Assembly: GCA_038064495.1 (NCBI GenBank)
Contig: JBBTSZ010000002.1
Location: forward strand, 152,934-216,933
Length of the DNA: 64,000 bases
Source: Patescibacteria group bacterium
GTDB taxonomy: Bacteria > Patescibacteriota > Minisyncoccia > Phycocordibacterales > Phycocordibacteraceae
Reading direction: 5' to 3'
The position numbers and the translations under genes were made by a program. Shown here piece after piece: positions 7,664 to 17,497 of the stretch (position 1 is the first letter of the stretch; the number at the start of each line of letters is the position of its first letter). The notes below the pieces were generated by a model. That model was given only the letters and a program-made list of their open reading frames with translations, made no database searches and was not told where the DNA came from.

Positions 7664-10600
7664 CTATAGAGCGGTTTCCTTGTGTGCGTATAGTTCACGA
7701 ATCTTCTTTCCTGGCCAGCGGTAGTACAAAACAGGAATGAGCACGAGGGTAAGAAGGAGCGAGAAGGCGAGGCCCGCCATGATGGAGAAGGCGAGTGGTG
7801 CCCAGAATGGTGAGGCGAACACAAGTGGAATCATACCAATCACCGTCACCACCGTGGTGAGCAAAATAGGACGAAGACGTGTGGACGCCGCTTCAATAAC
7901 CACTTCTTCAAGGTTCATCTCCGGATGCTCGCGGTGAATACGCGCGATAGAGTCCATGAGAATAATGGCGTGGTTGATGATGACGCCAGCAAGCGCAATC
8001 ACCCCGAGCATAGACGTAAGTGAGAGCGGCTGACCGACAAGGGTGAGGCCAACGAACACACCTACGAGAGAAAGAGGAATGATGGAAAGAAGATAGAAGG
8101 ACTGGCGGAATGAATTGAACTCAAGTACGAGAATGGAAAGCATGAGTGCTGCGCCTGCGATAAGTGCGAGGAAGAGTTCGGTAAACGATTTACCAACATC
8201 CTCAGACTCACCACCAAGCTTTACGGTCACTCCTTTACCAATGAGGTTCGACGTCAGTTTTTTCTGGAATTGGTTGGTTAACTCAATAGCATTTGCTTTA
8301 GGGCCCACGTCCGCTGTAACGGTGGCAATGCGGTGGCCTGCCTCGTGATGAATAGCAGTCTGCGAAGGTTCATACGTAACAGTAGCAATGGTTGAAAGTA
8401 CTACCGGGCCCTTACTACCCGGGATGAGAAGATCACGAACGGCATCAATAGAGGTGTGCGTCGTTTCAGAAGGATCTCGGTAGTTCGGGTTGAGCGCAAG
8501 TTTGGTACGCACCTCAATGTCGTTCTTTCCGGTCTTAATAGTTGTCGCCTTGGCACTGAAAAGCGCAGTGCGGAGTGTGTCTGCAACCGTGAGTGGAGAA
8601 ACACCGAGCTCAGCCGCCTTACTGCTATCAAGAGAAACGACAAACTCGGCACTCGCTTCTTTGGAAGAAGCAGTAATATTCACGACGCCGGGCATATCCG
8701 AAAGAATGTGCGCAGCATTGTCTGCGGTTGTAGAAAGCTCGCCGAGATCATCTCCACTCAAAGTAATGGTGATAGGTGACGCTGCTGGAGGTCCGCCTGC
8801 TGGTTCACCAACGGTGACAGCGGCTGAGGTGACGGTTGCAAATTGTGTACGAAGCTCCGTGACGAAGTCGGCACTAGACTGTTTATGACCTTTCGGCAGA
8901 TTCACCGTGATGTTACCGATATTGGTTCCTGAAGAAGGTCCACCACCGAGAGCGCTTGCAAAGGAACTACCCGCACCCACCTCCGTTACGAAGGAAGCGA
9001 CATGTTTGTTGCCGTAGAGCTGTTCTTCTATCTCACGAACGGCGAGGTCTGTTTCGGTTAGTTCAGTGCCTTGTGGCTTTTCTATTTGCACATAAATAGT
9101 GTCAGCATCTTCTCCCGGGAAGAATTCAGATTTTAGAAGGCCGGTTACGGGAAGCAAAAGAGAGAGAATAAAGAGACCAACCATCACTTGGAGGAAACGG
9201 TTCTGGTCATGTTTACTCCGAAGCATCTTGTACAAGAAGTTCTGATACCACTGCCTCGCCACACGGTTGTATTTTTCCTGACGCTCAGTGAGTGCATCAT
9301 GAGACGTTTTGACGTAGAACATGGCGAGAAGTGGTACGAAGCCAAGTGCCACAAAGATTGACGCAAGGAGTACGAAAATAACCGTAAATGGTATGGAGGC
9401 AAGGAACTTTCCGACGATACCGGAAAGGAAGAAGAGAGGAATGAACACCACGATGGTGGTGAAGGTTCCTGCAATAAGGGGCCAGGCATACTCACGAATG
9501 GCAGAGACTGCCGCTGCGTGTTTATCACCGTGTTTACGTACGTGCGTATGGAAAGCCTCCACCACCACAATGCCGGAGTCCACCAAGATACCGATGGCAA
9601 GAATGAGTGAGAATAACGAGACGTTGTTGAGGGTGTTGCCGGACGCAAGGAGTCCAATGAAGGCAACCAGGAAAGAAAGCGGAATGGAAGCCGCTGCAAC
9701 AAGAGACTCACGCCAGCCGAGCGTGACGAGAAGCACGAGCATCACCAGAATAACGGTTTCAACACCAGCACGCGTAAGCTCGGTGAGACTTTTGTTCACT
9801 TCCTCAGCTGCGTTGTAAGAAATGACAATATCGGTACCGGTGAGGAGTCCCTCTTTCTTCAAATCTTCAAGACGCTTTTCTACCGCGTGACCGGTGGCAA
9901 CAATGTTCCCACCACGACTCTTGTGAATGGTGAGGGTGAGGGAAGGCTCTGCTGGCTTCCCTTGAACGGATACGCGAGAGAAGGTCGTCGGGTCTTCAAG
10001 ACCATCCACCACCTCTGCCACGTCTCGCACATGGAGGGTTGCGCCACCGGGGCCGAGCAGTGCCACGTTACCAACTTGATCGGTAGAGGGAACGCCCGAT
10101 TCAAAACGAACGGCGTAGTTCACACCGTCTACCGTGATAGAACCCGCAGGCGAAGCGACACCTGCAGAGCGAATCGCGTTTGTGACATCACTGAGTGAAA
10201 GATTGTACTGGCGAAGTCGCTCTGCTTTCACAATCACCTGAACCTCACGTGCACGTACGCCCGAAACACCTACCTTTGAGACTCCAGAAACACGCTTCAA
10301 TTCGTCCGAGACATTCTCACCAAGCGCGGTGAGTTCTGCAGGTGCGAGATTTCCCGATATGGAAACGATAAGAATCGGTTGGTCCGCAAAGTTGGTATCA
10401 GAAACAGTCGGGTCAAGTGCCTCAGCAGGCAAGTCAGGACGTACTTTGTCCACGGCGTCCTTCAACAGTTGAATGGACTTATCAATATTGGCTGAAGAAT
10501 CAAATTCAACAGACACGATAGAAATGCCAGCTCCTGAGGTGGAAGTGACTTTTGACACGTGTTCAACGCCAAGAACCCCATTTTCAATCTTGTCGGTAAT

Positions 10601-10789
10601 GAGTCGTTCAACGTCAGCAGAACTCGCTCCGGGAAGTACGGTGGAAACAACACCGAGTGGGATTTCAATATCAGGCGTTGCTTCTTTTGGAATGGCGAGC
10701 ACGGCGTAGAAACCACTCCCGAGAAGGACAATCATCAAAAAGACCGTAAAGGTACTTTTTTTAAGAAAGAAGCTCCAGAAGTTTGTCAT
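7664..10789 (-). CDS. RND efflux transporter permease (AcrB/MMPL superfamily)
   Basis: 1041 aa with 12-TM/two-large-loop RND topology and typical RND TM4 and TM10 motifs. Confidence 0.9.
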   Translation of the reverse strand: MTNFWSFFLKKSTFTVFLMIVLLGSGFYAVLAIPKEATPDIEIPLGVVSTVLPGASSADVERLITDKIENGVLGVEHVSKVTSTSGAGISIVSVEFDSSANIDKSIQLLKDAVDKVRPDLPAEALDPTVSDTNFADQPILIVSISGNLAPAELTALGENVSDELKRVSGVSKVGVSGVRAREVQVIVKAERLRQYNLSLSDVTNAIRSAGVASPAGSITVDGVNYAVRFESGVPSTDQVGNVALLGPGGATLHVRDVAEVVDGLEDPTTFSRVSVQGKPAEPSLTLTIHKSRGGNIVATGHAVEKRLEDLKKEGLLTGTDIVISYNAAEEVNKSLTELTRAGVETVILVMLVLLVTLGWRESLVAAASIPLSFLVAFIGLLASGNTLNNVSLFSLILAIGILVDSGIVVVEAFHTHVRKHGDKHAAAVSAIREYAWPLIAGTFTTIVVFIPLFFLSGIVGKFLASIPFTVIFVLLASIFVALGFVPLLAMFYVKTSHDALTERQEKYNRVARQWYQNFLYKMLRSKHDQNRFLQVMVGLFILSLLLPVTGLLKSEFFPGEDADTIYVQIEKPQGTELTETDLAVREIEEQLYGNKHVASFVTEVGAGSSFASALGGGPSSGTNIGNITVNLPKGHKQSSADFVTELRTQFATVTSAAVTVGEPAGGPPAASPITITLSGDDLGELSTTADNAAHILSDMPGVVNITASSKEASAEFVVSLDSSKAAELGVSPLTVADTLRTALFSAKATTIKTGKNDIEVRTKLALNPNYRDPSETTHTSIDAVRDLLIPGSKGPVVLSTIATVTYEPSQTAIHHEAGHRIATVTADVGPKANAIELTNQFQKKLTSNLIGKGVTVKLGGESEDVGKSFTELFLALIAGAALMLSILVLEFNSFRQSFYLLSIIPLSLVGVFVGLTLVGQPLSLTSMLGVIALAGVIINHAIILMDSIARIHREHPEMNLEEVVIEAASTRLRPILLTTVVTVIGMIPLVFASPFWAPLAFSIMAGLAFSLLLTLVLIPVLYYRWPGKKIRELYAHKETAL

Positions 10790-10827
10790 GTCTCTATCGT
10801 GCCATTCAAATACGACTGGCTCCTCAG

Positions 10828-12378
10828 CTACGGTGTGGTTGCAACCTGGACTTTCTGTCCATCGGAGAGTCCGCGTGCGTCGGTGACAATGCGAAGATCA
10901 CCCGGAAGTTCAGATCGGATTTCAATCTTGTTGCCACGTACGTCCCCAATCTCAACGGCATGTGAGACCAGGCGACCATTTTCTCCGATAGAGAACACCA
11001 CGCGGGCTGATGGTGTGAGTTTAAGTGCGGTGAGCGGAAGCAAAGTCGGGCCAGACGCTCCGGGCGTGGTTGGTGCAATACCCGTTGTCGGAAGAGCAAC
11101 ACGAACGGATTGACCATTCACAAGTCCACTACCTGAACTCACTGCCATGTGCACTTCTACCTGCTTCGTGACGGGATCAAGGGCTGGTGAAATGGAGGTA
11201 ATCGTTGCGTCATGTTTGTCTTCTATCTTTACTTTGCTTCCAACCGCAAGGAGTGTGCGGTTATCTTCAGAAACAAACGTCACAATTTCAAGTGCGCCAT
11301 TTTGTGCAACGGTTGCTACGTGCTGAAGTGGAGTCACGTAGTCACCAACACGTATTGGAAGGAAATTTACAGAGCCGCCAATTGGTGCGCGGATGAGTGT
11401 CTTCTCAAGTTGCGCCTGCGCAGCACGAAGTGCACCGAGCGCAATCTTCACACTCGCATTTGCTCCTGCACTCGCTGACGTCCCTTGGCTTTGATATGTC
11501 TGTTTGGCTGTGGTGATGCCGGACTGGATAGAGGCCACACTTGAACGTGCTGACGCGAGCGCGGTCAACTGACTTGCCGAGGCGTCGGTGTTGTAACGAG
11601 TTGCTGCTGTCGCGATGTCGGTAATGAGCGCATTTGCCTGACGAGTAACGACCTCCGCCTCAGTAAGTAATGTCAAAGGGTCGGAAGTTCCACTGGTCGC
11701 AAGGTGTGCACGCCATGCGTCCATAGAACTTTTAAGTTCTACTCGCTTGTTGGGGAAGTAGGAAAGGTCAAATGGATTCGGGGCAATCAGAAACAGTGGA
11801 CCTTGTGCACCAGGAGCTCCATAGAACGTATCTACATACGTATTCAGAGTTGAATCAAGAGAATTAAAAGACGAAGTGTAGGTATTACGAGCTGATGTGT
11901 TGATGTCACCAGGAGCCGTTCCTGAGCGTGCCGCGATAGCGGCATCATAGCTACCTTCAGCTTGAAGTACACTAGCTCGTTGAGATGCATTCTCAAGTTC
12001 AGCGAGCACATAGCCAGCTGGAATGCTTCCGCCAAGCGAAGTGCGAACGCTCGTCACCGTTCCGCCACTTTGCGCAATAATGCTCGCCTCAGTGATGGAA
12101 CGAACTGAACCAATAACCCCAACTGAAGAAGTGCCTCCGGAAAGTTCTGATACGGCAGCAACCGTAACGGTTGGAAGCTGAGTGAGGGCATCAACTTTTG
12201 GACTAAACAATCCCGTAATCAAGAAACCAAGACCAACAACAAGGGCTACCAGAATAGCCCCTACGATGATTTGCATGCGACGAGAGAGCGCACGGTAGCG
12301 CTTATACAGAGAAACTGCAGTCGTCTGCACCTTCGTCAGATAGGCTCTGACGGGTATGCGTGAAAGAAAACGCTTCAT
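10828..12378 (-). CDS. efflux RND periplasmic adaptor (membrane fusion protein, HlyD family), extended coiled-coil
   Basis: N-terminal TM anchor, long Ala/Thr/Ser coiled-coil, C-terminal beta-barrel/lipoyl-like segments; directly upstream of the RND permease. Confidence 0.75.
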   Translation of the reverse strand: MKRFLSRIPVRAYLTKVQTTAVSLYKRYRALSRRMQIIVGAILVALVVGLGFLITGLFSPKVDALTQLPTVTVAAVSELSGGTSSVGVIGSVRSITEASIIAQSGGTVTSVRTSLGGSIPAGYVLAELENASQRASVLQAEGSYDAAIAARSGTAPGDINTSARNTYTSSFNSLDSTLNTYVDTFYGAPGAQGPLFLIAPNPFDLSYFPNKRVELKSSMDAWRAHLATSGTSDPLTLLTEAEVVTRQANALITDIATAATRYNTDASASQLTALASARSSVASIQSGITTAKQTYQSQGTSASAGANASVKIALGALRAAQAQLEKTLIRAPIGGSVNFLPIRVGDYVTPLQHVATVAQNGALEIVTFVSEDNRTLLAVGSKVKIEDKHDATITSISPALDPVTKQVEVHMAVSSGSGLVNGQSVRVALPTTGIAPTTPGASGPTLLPLTALKLTPSARVVFSIGENGRLVSHAVEIGDVRGNKIEIRSELPGDLRIVTDARGLSDGQKVQVATTP

Positions 12379-12473
12379 AGTGAACTATAATATAAGCCTT
12401 TTTCGTATTTTTGTCAACTTTCACTCGGTTACGCACCGCGTAATCCATCTGTCATGAAATCACGAGTGGTAGT

Positions 12474-14162
12474 ATGAAATGTATGACGCAGAGCGAAGCC
12501 TTGGATATTTTAAAAACAGGTGCGAACGTGTTTCTCACGGGGGAGCCGGGGAGTGGCAAGACGCATACGCTTACCGCCTACGTCGCATGGCTTCGCAGTC
12601 ACGGCATTGAACCAGCCATCACCGCTTCAACGGGTATTGCTGCAACCCACGTAGGAGGCATGACTATTCATTCGTGGAGCGGTATCGGCATTTTGGAGCG
12701 CATGGATGCGGAGGATTTGGATCGCATTGCGTCAAAAGAGCATGTGGCAAAGCGCATCATGAAAACAAAAGTACTCATCATTGATGAGATTTCCATGCTG
12801 TCGGGTGCTGCACTCACGATGATTGATAGAGTTGCCAAAGAAGTTCGAGGCGACACCCGTGCCTTCGGTGGTATGCAGGTCGTGTTCTCGGGCGATTTTT
12901 TCCAGCTGCCACCGATTACCCGTGGCGGAGCAGTCGCTGAATTTGCATTCGCCTCACGCGCGTGGCGGGACGCAGTACCGCTGGTGTGTTATCTCACCGA
13001 ACAGCACCGTCAGGACGACCCACATTTCCTCTCACTCCTTGCAGCTATTCGTGATGGTTCCTTTGATCACACGCACGCTTCAGAAATCCTTTCTCGTGAA
13101 AGTGACGGGGAAGAGTTAGACACTGAAGTCCCACGTTTATTTACGCACAACACGGATGTGGACCGAATCAATAACGACCATCTTGCAAAACTTCCGGGTG
13201 CTTCGCACGTATTCACCATGCAAGACACTGGTCCGTCGGTTTTGACCGAAGCCCTGAAGCGTGGCTGCCTGTCACCGGAACGACTCGTTTTAAAAGAAGG
13301 CGCAATTGTGATGTGCACCAAGAATAATCCGATAGGTGGCTATGTAAACGGCACCCTCGGAAAAGTAATTGGATTTGTGCGTGGTTCGGGCGAACCAATT
13401 ATTGAAACGCATGAAGGGAAAGAACTCATCATTACTCCTTTGGAGTGGGCGCTTGAAGAATCAGGAAAGATACGCGCAAAAGTAAGTCAGCTTCCGCTCC
13501 GTCTTGCGTGGGCGATTACCATCCATAAGAGTCAGGGTATGAGTATGGACGCTGCTGCCATGGACTTGTCTCGCACCTTTGAATTTGGTCAGGGGTATGT
13601 GGCACTTTCCCGCGTTCGCTCGCTTTCTGGACTCACTCTGCTTGGCTGGAGCGAGCAGGCCTCCATGGTGCATCCGGAAGTTGCGCGCCTGGATGAGCGT
13701 CTCCGGGAAGAATCCATGGCAGCGATTGAGGCCTTTGAAACACTTCGTGAAGAAGGCGACCTCAAAACCATGCATCTGAATTTTATCCGCGCTTCTGGCG
13801 GTGTGCTTGAAGCAAGCGAAGATGGCGAGCGCCCTATGAAGCGCACCACGTACGACGAAACCCTCTCCTTAATCATGGAGGGAATGCCCCTTATTGATAT
13901 AGCAAAGGAACGAAAACTCACGATTGGTACGATTGCGGACCACGCCGAGAAACTTATTTTGAAAGACAGGCTGGATGTTCCCATGCTGCTTTCCCTGATT
14001 CCCGCACGCTTGATTACAGCACTTCCTGACATTCACGAGGTCTTTGAAACGGTGGGTGTGGAAAAGCTTGCTCCTGCGCACGCAAAGCTACGGGCTAAAT
14101 TTACCTACGACGAATTAAAGCTTGCACGTATCCTGTACGTAAAAGAGGCCGAGGTACAATAG
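12474..14162 (+). CDS. Pif1/RecD-like ATP-dependent DNA helicase
   Basis: Walker A GEPGSGKTHTL; VLIIDEISM (Walker B); IHKSQGMS and YVALSRVRS helicase motifs. Confidence 0.75.
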   Translation: MKCMTQSEALDILKTGANVFLTGEPGSGKTHTLTAYVAWLRSHGIEPAITASTGIAATHVGGMTIHSWSGIGILERMDAEDLDRIASKEHVAKRIMKTKVLIIDEISMLSGAALTMIDRVAKEVRGDTRAFGGMQVVFSGDFFQLPPITRGGAVAEFAFASRAWRDAVPLVCYLTEQHRQDDPHFLSLLAAIRDGSFDHTHASEILSRESDGEELDTEVPRLFTHNTDVDRINNDHLAKLPGASHVFTMQDTGPSVLTEALKRGCLSPERLVLKEGAIVMCTKNNPIGGYVNGTLGKVIGFVRGSGEPIIETHEGKELIITPLEWALEESGKIRAKVSQLPLRLAWAITIHKSQGMSMDAAAMDLSRTFEFGQGYVALSRVRSLSGLTLLGWSEQASMVHPEVARLDERLREESMAAIEAFETLREEGDLKTMHLNFIRASGGVLEASEDGERPMKRTTYDETLSLIMEGMPLIDIAKERKLTIGTIADHAEKLILKDRLDVPMLLSLIPARLITALPDIHEVFETVGVEKLAPAHAKLRAKFTYDELKLARILYVKEAEVQ

Positions 14163-14167
14163 AGGAA

Positions 14168-15178
14168 ATGAAGACACTCGACGTAAAAAGACCGCCGAGC
14201 GCAGGTGTCGTGACGCTGAGAATTGTTATCGGGTTTGTTGCCGTGGTCATTGTGCTTGCACTTGGGTACGCGAGTGCGTTCGGGCCCATGTGGAAGGAAG
14301 CGGAAAAAGAACAGTTCGTCATTACACCAGACAAGAGTGTTTCAGACGTAGCAACAGACCTCTACGAAAAAGGATTTATTCATAGTCCGTGGATATTCCA
14401 GATTGCATTTCTGAAAGCAACGGATGGAAAGGGAATTCGTCCCGGAGGCTACGAGATTAGTAAGGTTATGGATGCATGGTCCATTGCAGATGCGCTGGTC
14501 GCGCCACCGTACTACGCATGGGTGAAGATTCCGGTCGGTGTTAGAAAGGAGCAAATTGCAAACATTCTCTCGAGCGCACTGGCGTGGACACCCGAACAAA
14601 AACAAGAGTGGCTCACGATTACCGACTCCTACGGTAAGGACTACATAGAGGGCGTGTATTTCCCAGATACGTATCTCATTCCGAACGACCAACCACCCGC
14701 GCTCGTCGCTGCACGTCTGAAGGGTCGTTTCCAGGAAGCCTTTGCTCCGTATGCTGAAGAAGCAGTGAAAAAGAAACTATCGTGGCCGACGGTCCTCACG
14801 ATTGCGAGCATCATTCAGAGAGAGGCGGGAAGTGTTGAGGACATGTCCATCATCTCGGGTGTTATTCAAAAACGCCTCGCGCTTGGGATGCCGCTTGCGA
14901 TGGACGCAACACTCCAATACATGACTGGCTCAGATGAGCGTGGTTGGTGGGTGGCGCCTTCGTCAGCATCTACCTATCCCGACGGACCCTTTAATACCTA
15001 TAAAAGGAAGGGACTTCCACCCCACGCTATCGCAAATCCAGGACTTGCGGCAATTGAAGCTGCCCTGAATCCTACTGCAACGAATTGTCTCTTTTATCTG
15101 CACGACAACAACGGAAAGATTCATTGTTCCAAAACTTATAAAGGACAACTTTATAACGTAAACAAATACCTCAAATAA
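14168..15178 (+). CDS. mltG: endolytic murein transglycosylase MltG (YceG family)
   Basis: N-terminal TM, YceG-like domain (SIISGVIQKRLALGMPLAMDATLQY). Confidence 0.85.
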   Translation: MKTLDVKRPPSAGVVTLRIVIGFVAVVIVLALGYASAFGPMWKEAEKEQFVITPDKSVSDVATDLYEKGFIHSPWIFQIAFLKATDGKGIRPGGYEISKVMDAWSIADALVAPPYYAWVKIPVGVRKEQIANILSSALAWTPEQKQEWLTITDSYGKDYIEGVYFPDTYLIPNDQPPALVAARLKGRFQEAFAPYAEEAVKKKLSWPTVLTIASIIQREAGSVEDMSIISGVIQKRLALGMPLAMDATLQYMTGSDERGWWVAPSSASTYPDGPFNTYKRKGLPPHAIANPGLAAIEAALNPTATNCLFYLHDNNGKIHCSKTYKGQLYNVNKYLK

Positions 15179-15240
15179 TTGACGAGTCTGTATTTTAAGG
15201 TTATTCTGCTATCAATTGGCCACAGGGCCTCTTTATTTTT

Positions 15241-17025
15241 ATGGAAATCCGAAACATAGCGATTATCGCGCACGTGGACCACGGCAAGACCACGCTTACT
15301 GACGCCCTTATGCGCCAGACGGGCGCGGTGGCAGAGGGTGTTTCCATGGATTCCAACAAGCTCGAGCAGGAGCGTGGCATCACGATTTACTCCAAGAACA
15401 CCTCTATTGAGTACAAAGGAACGAAGATTAACATCGTAGACACTCCTGGACACGCGGACTTCGGTTCAGAAGTTGAGCGCGTGCTTCGCTCCATTGACTC
15501 CGTACTCCTCGTCGTAGACGCGCAGGAGGGTCCGATGCCACAGACGCGTTTCGTATTAAAGAAATCACTTGAGCTCGGTCTGAAGCCTATCGTTGTGTTG
15601 AACAAGATTGATAAGCCTGCAGCAAATCCGGCTCACGCAGAAGAAGCGGTACTTGAGCTTTTTCTTGAACTCGGCGCGAGCGACGCACAGTCTGACTTCA
15701 CCACGGTCTACGCTATTGGTCGTGAGGGTGTCGCGATGCGTAATCTTACCGACGAACGCAAAGACCTCACTCCACTGCTTGATGTGGTGCTTGAACAAGT
15801 ACCACCAGCTTCAACTCCTGAAGCCGTTACGAAGCCTGCAAAGCTCCAGGCATTTAACCTTGCCTACGACAATTTCCTTGGTCGTCTCGCTATCTGCCGT
15901 ATCTATGACGGTGTGATTAAGGCGGGAGACGCGGTGACCGTGAAGAAGCCAGATGGTACGGCTCGTACCGGGAAAATCACCAAACTCTTTACCTTTAAGG
16001 GTATTGAGCGTGTTGATGTGCCTGAGGCACAAGCAGGAGACATTGCTATCGTTGCGGGACTTCCCGACATTTTCATCGGAGAAACTATTTCCGTTGATGC
16101 GAACGTTGAACCACTTCCCGCGATTGCTATTGATGAGCCAACGATTACCGTGAACTTCCTCGTGAACAACTCACCGTTTGCTGGAAAGGAAGGGAAGTAT
16201 GTTACCAGCCGTCAGTTGCGCGAATACCTTGAGCGTGAGCTTGAAGTAAACGTGGGACTGAAAGTGGACTTCGTCTCACCAGATGCGTTTAAAGTTTCTG
16301 GACGCGGTGAACTTCACATCGCGATTCTTCTTGAGAACATGCGTCGTGCGGGTTACGAAATGCAGGTGTCTCAGCCACAGGTCATCATCCGCGAGGAAGA
16401 AGGCAAGAAGCTTGAGCCATTTGAAGAAGTCATTATTGATACGCCGAGCGAGTTCCAGGGAGCTATTATTGAGCGACTCGGTACGCGCGCATTCGTACTT
16501 CAGAATCTGGTACAACATGAAAATCAGGTTCGCCTTACCTTTGAAGGACCAACACGAGGCCTCCTCGGGTACCGTAACCAGTTTGTTGTGGACACGAAGG
16601 GTGAGGGTATCCTCTCGTCTCGCGTGCTTGGCTTCAAGCCATTTGCGGGCGACATCAAGAAGCGTCAGGTGGGTTCTATGATTTCCATGGCGACCGGAAA
16701 GGCTCTTGGCTACGCTCTCTGGAGCATGCAGGAGCGCGGTGTGCTCTACATTATTCCTGCAACTGAGGTGTATGAGGGTATGGTTGTTGGAAACACAAGT
16801 AAGGGTGAAGAAATGGTAGTGAACCCAACGAAAGGAAAGAACCAATCAAACGTACGCTCTTCTGGTATGGATGAGGCTATTAACCTCGTACCAGCTTTCA
16901 CACTCACCATTGAACGCGGTCTTGAAGTTATGGCTGAAGACGAATACTTGGAAATCACTCCACTTTCAGTGCGACTGCGCAAGCAGGGACTTACAGAGAC
17001 TGAACGCGCAAAAGCCCGCCGATAG
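15241..17025 (+). CDS. typA: translational GTPase TypA/BipA
   Basis: [36 protein letters not shown]-motifs; full-length BipA-like. Confidence 0.9.
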   Translation: MEIRNIAIIAHVDHGKTTLTDALMRQTGAVAEGVSMDSNKLEQERGITIYSKNTSIEYKGTKINIVDTPGHADFGSEVERVLRSIDSVLLVVDAQEGPMPQTRFVLKKSLELGLKPIVVLNKIDKPAANPAHAEEAVLELFLELGASDAQSDFTTVYAIGREGVAMRNLTDERKDLTPLLDVVLEQVPPASTPEAVTKPAKLQAFNLAYDNFLGRLAICRIYDGVIKAGDAVTVKKPDGTARTGKITKLFTFKGIERVDVPEAQAGDIAIVAGLPDIFIGETISVDANVEPLPAIAIDEPTITVNFLVNNSPFAGKEGKYVTSRQLREYLERELEVNVGLKVDFVSPDAFKVSGRGELHIAILLENMRRAGYEMQVSQPQVIIREEEGKKLEPFEEVIIDTPSEFQGAIIERLGTRAFVLQNLVQHENQVRLTFEGPTRGLLGYRNQFVVDTKGEGILSSRVLGFKPFAGDIKKRQVGSMISMATGKALGYALWSMQERGVLYIIPATEVYEGMVVGNTSKGEEMVVNPTKGKNQSNVRSSGMDEAINLVPAFTLTIERGLEVMAEDEYLEITPLSVRLRKQGLTETERAKARR

Positions 17026-17026
17026 A

Positions 17027-17088
17027 GCTTGCTGAAAAGCACCCATCTGCGTTGTTGCTCGTTTCGCTCAAAGCCTCACTGTACTAGC
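17027..17088 (+). repeat. palindromic intergenic repeat, copy A (3' truncated)
   Basis: CTGCGTTGTTGCTCGTTTCGCTCAAAGCCTCACTGTACTAGCATGTACACCTCGGCTTTTC; same family as 35282-35356 (reverse), 39501-39572 and 47031-47106. Confidence 0.7.
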
Positions 17089-17497
17089 ATGTACACCTCG
17101 GCTTTTCTCTAAATTCCCTGAATCAGTTCCCCGAACTATTTCAGAGCGCCTAGCATCTGAACACTTTTCAACAACCTCTCGATAGGTAGTTCCGATTTCT
17201 GTAGTAATGAAATATCTGTATAACGTAGCGCGTATTAGAATAGGGAGGATGCTTAGAAGATAGGGTGCAGTGCAGGTCTCAGCGAGCGGGACCCGCACTG
17301 CAGCGTGTTCTGACGCACCTTGCGTAACAGCATTCTCCATGCTATAGTCAACATACAACTGGGCTCTATAGTTTTTCTGTCTTGAGGTTTCTAAAGAAAC
17401 GGCTCGAGACGAGGGATGACACTTCACCCTCTAAACTCTCGAGAACCGTTGTGCATTATTCCAATACGCATTTTTGCGTATTTAGAAACCAACATAC

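Noticed and set aside
8115-10198. Multiple 70-180-aa ORFs on both strands inside the RND permease gene (for example 8490-8888 +, 9184-9711 -, 9321-9818 +, 9887-10198 +)
   Set aside because: They are frame shadows of a long GC-balanced gene, with low-complexity Ser/Arg/Thr-rich translations. The RND reading frame is unambiguous.
13589-14032. 147-aa antisense ORF inside the Pif1-like helicase gene
   Set aside because: It is antisense to a well-supported CDS, with a Ser/Arg-rich translation.
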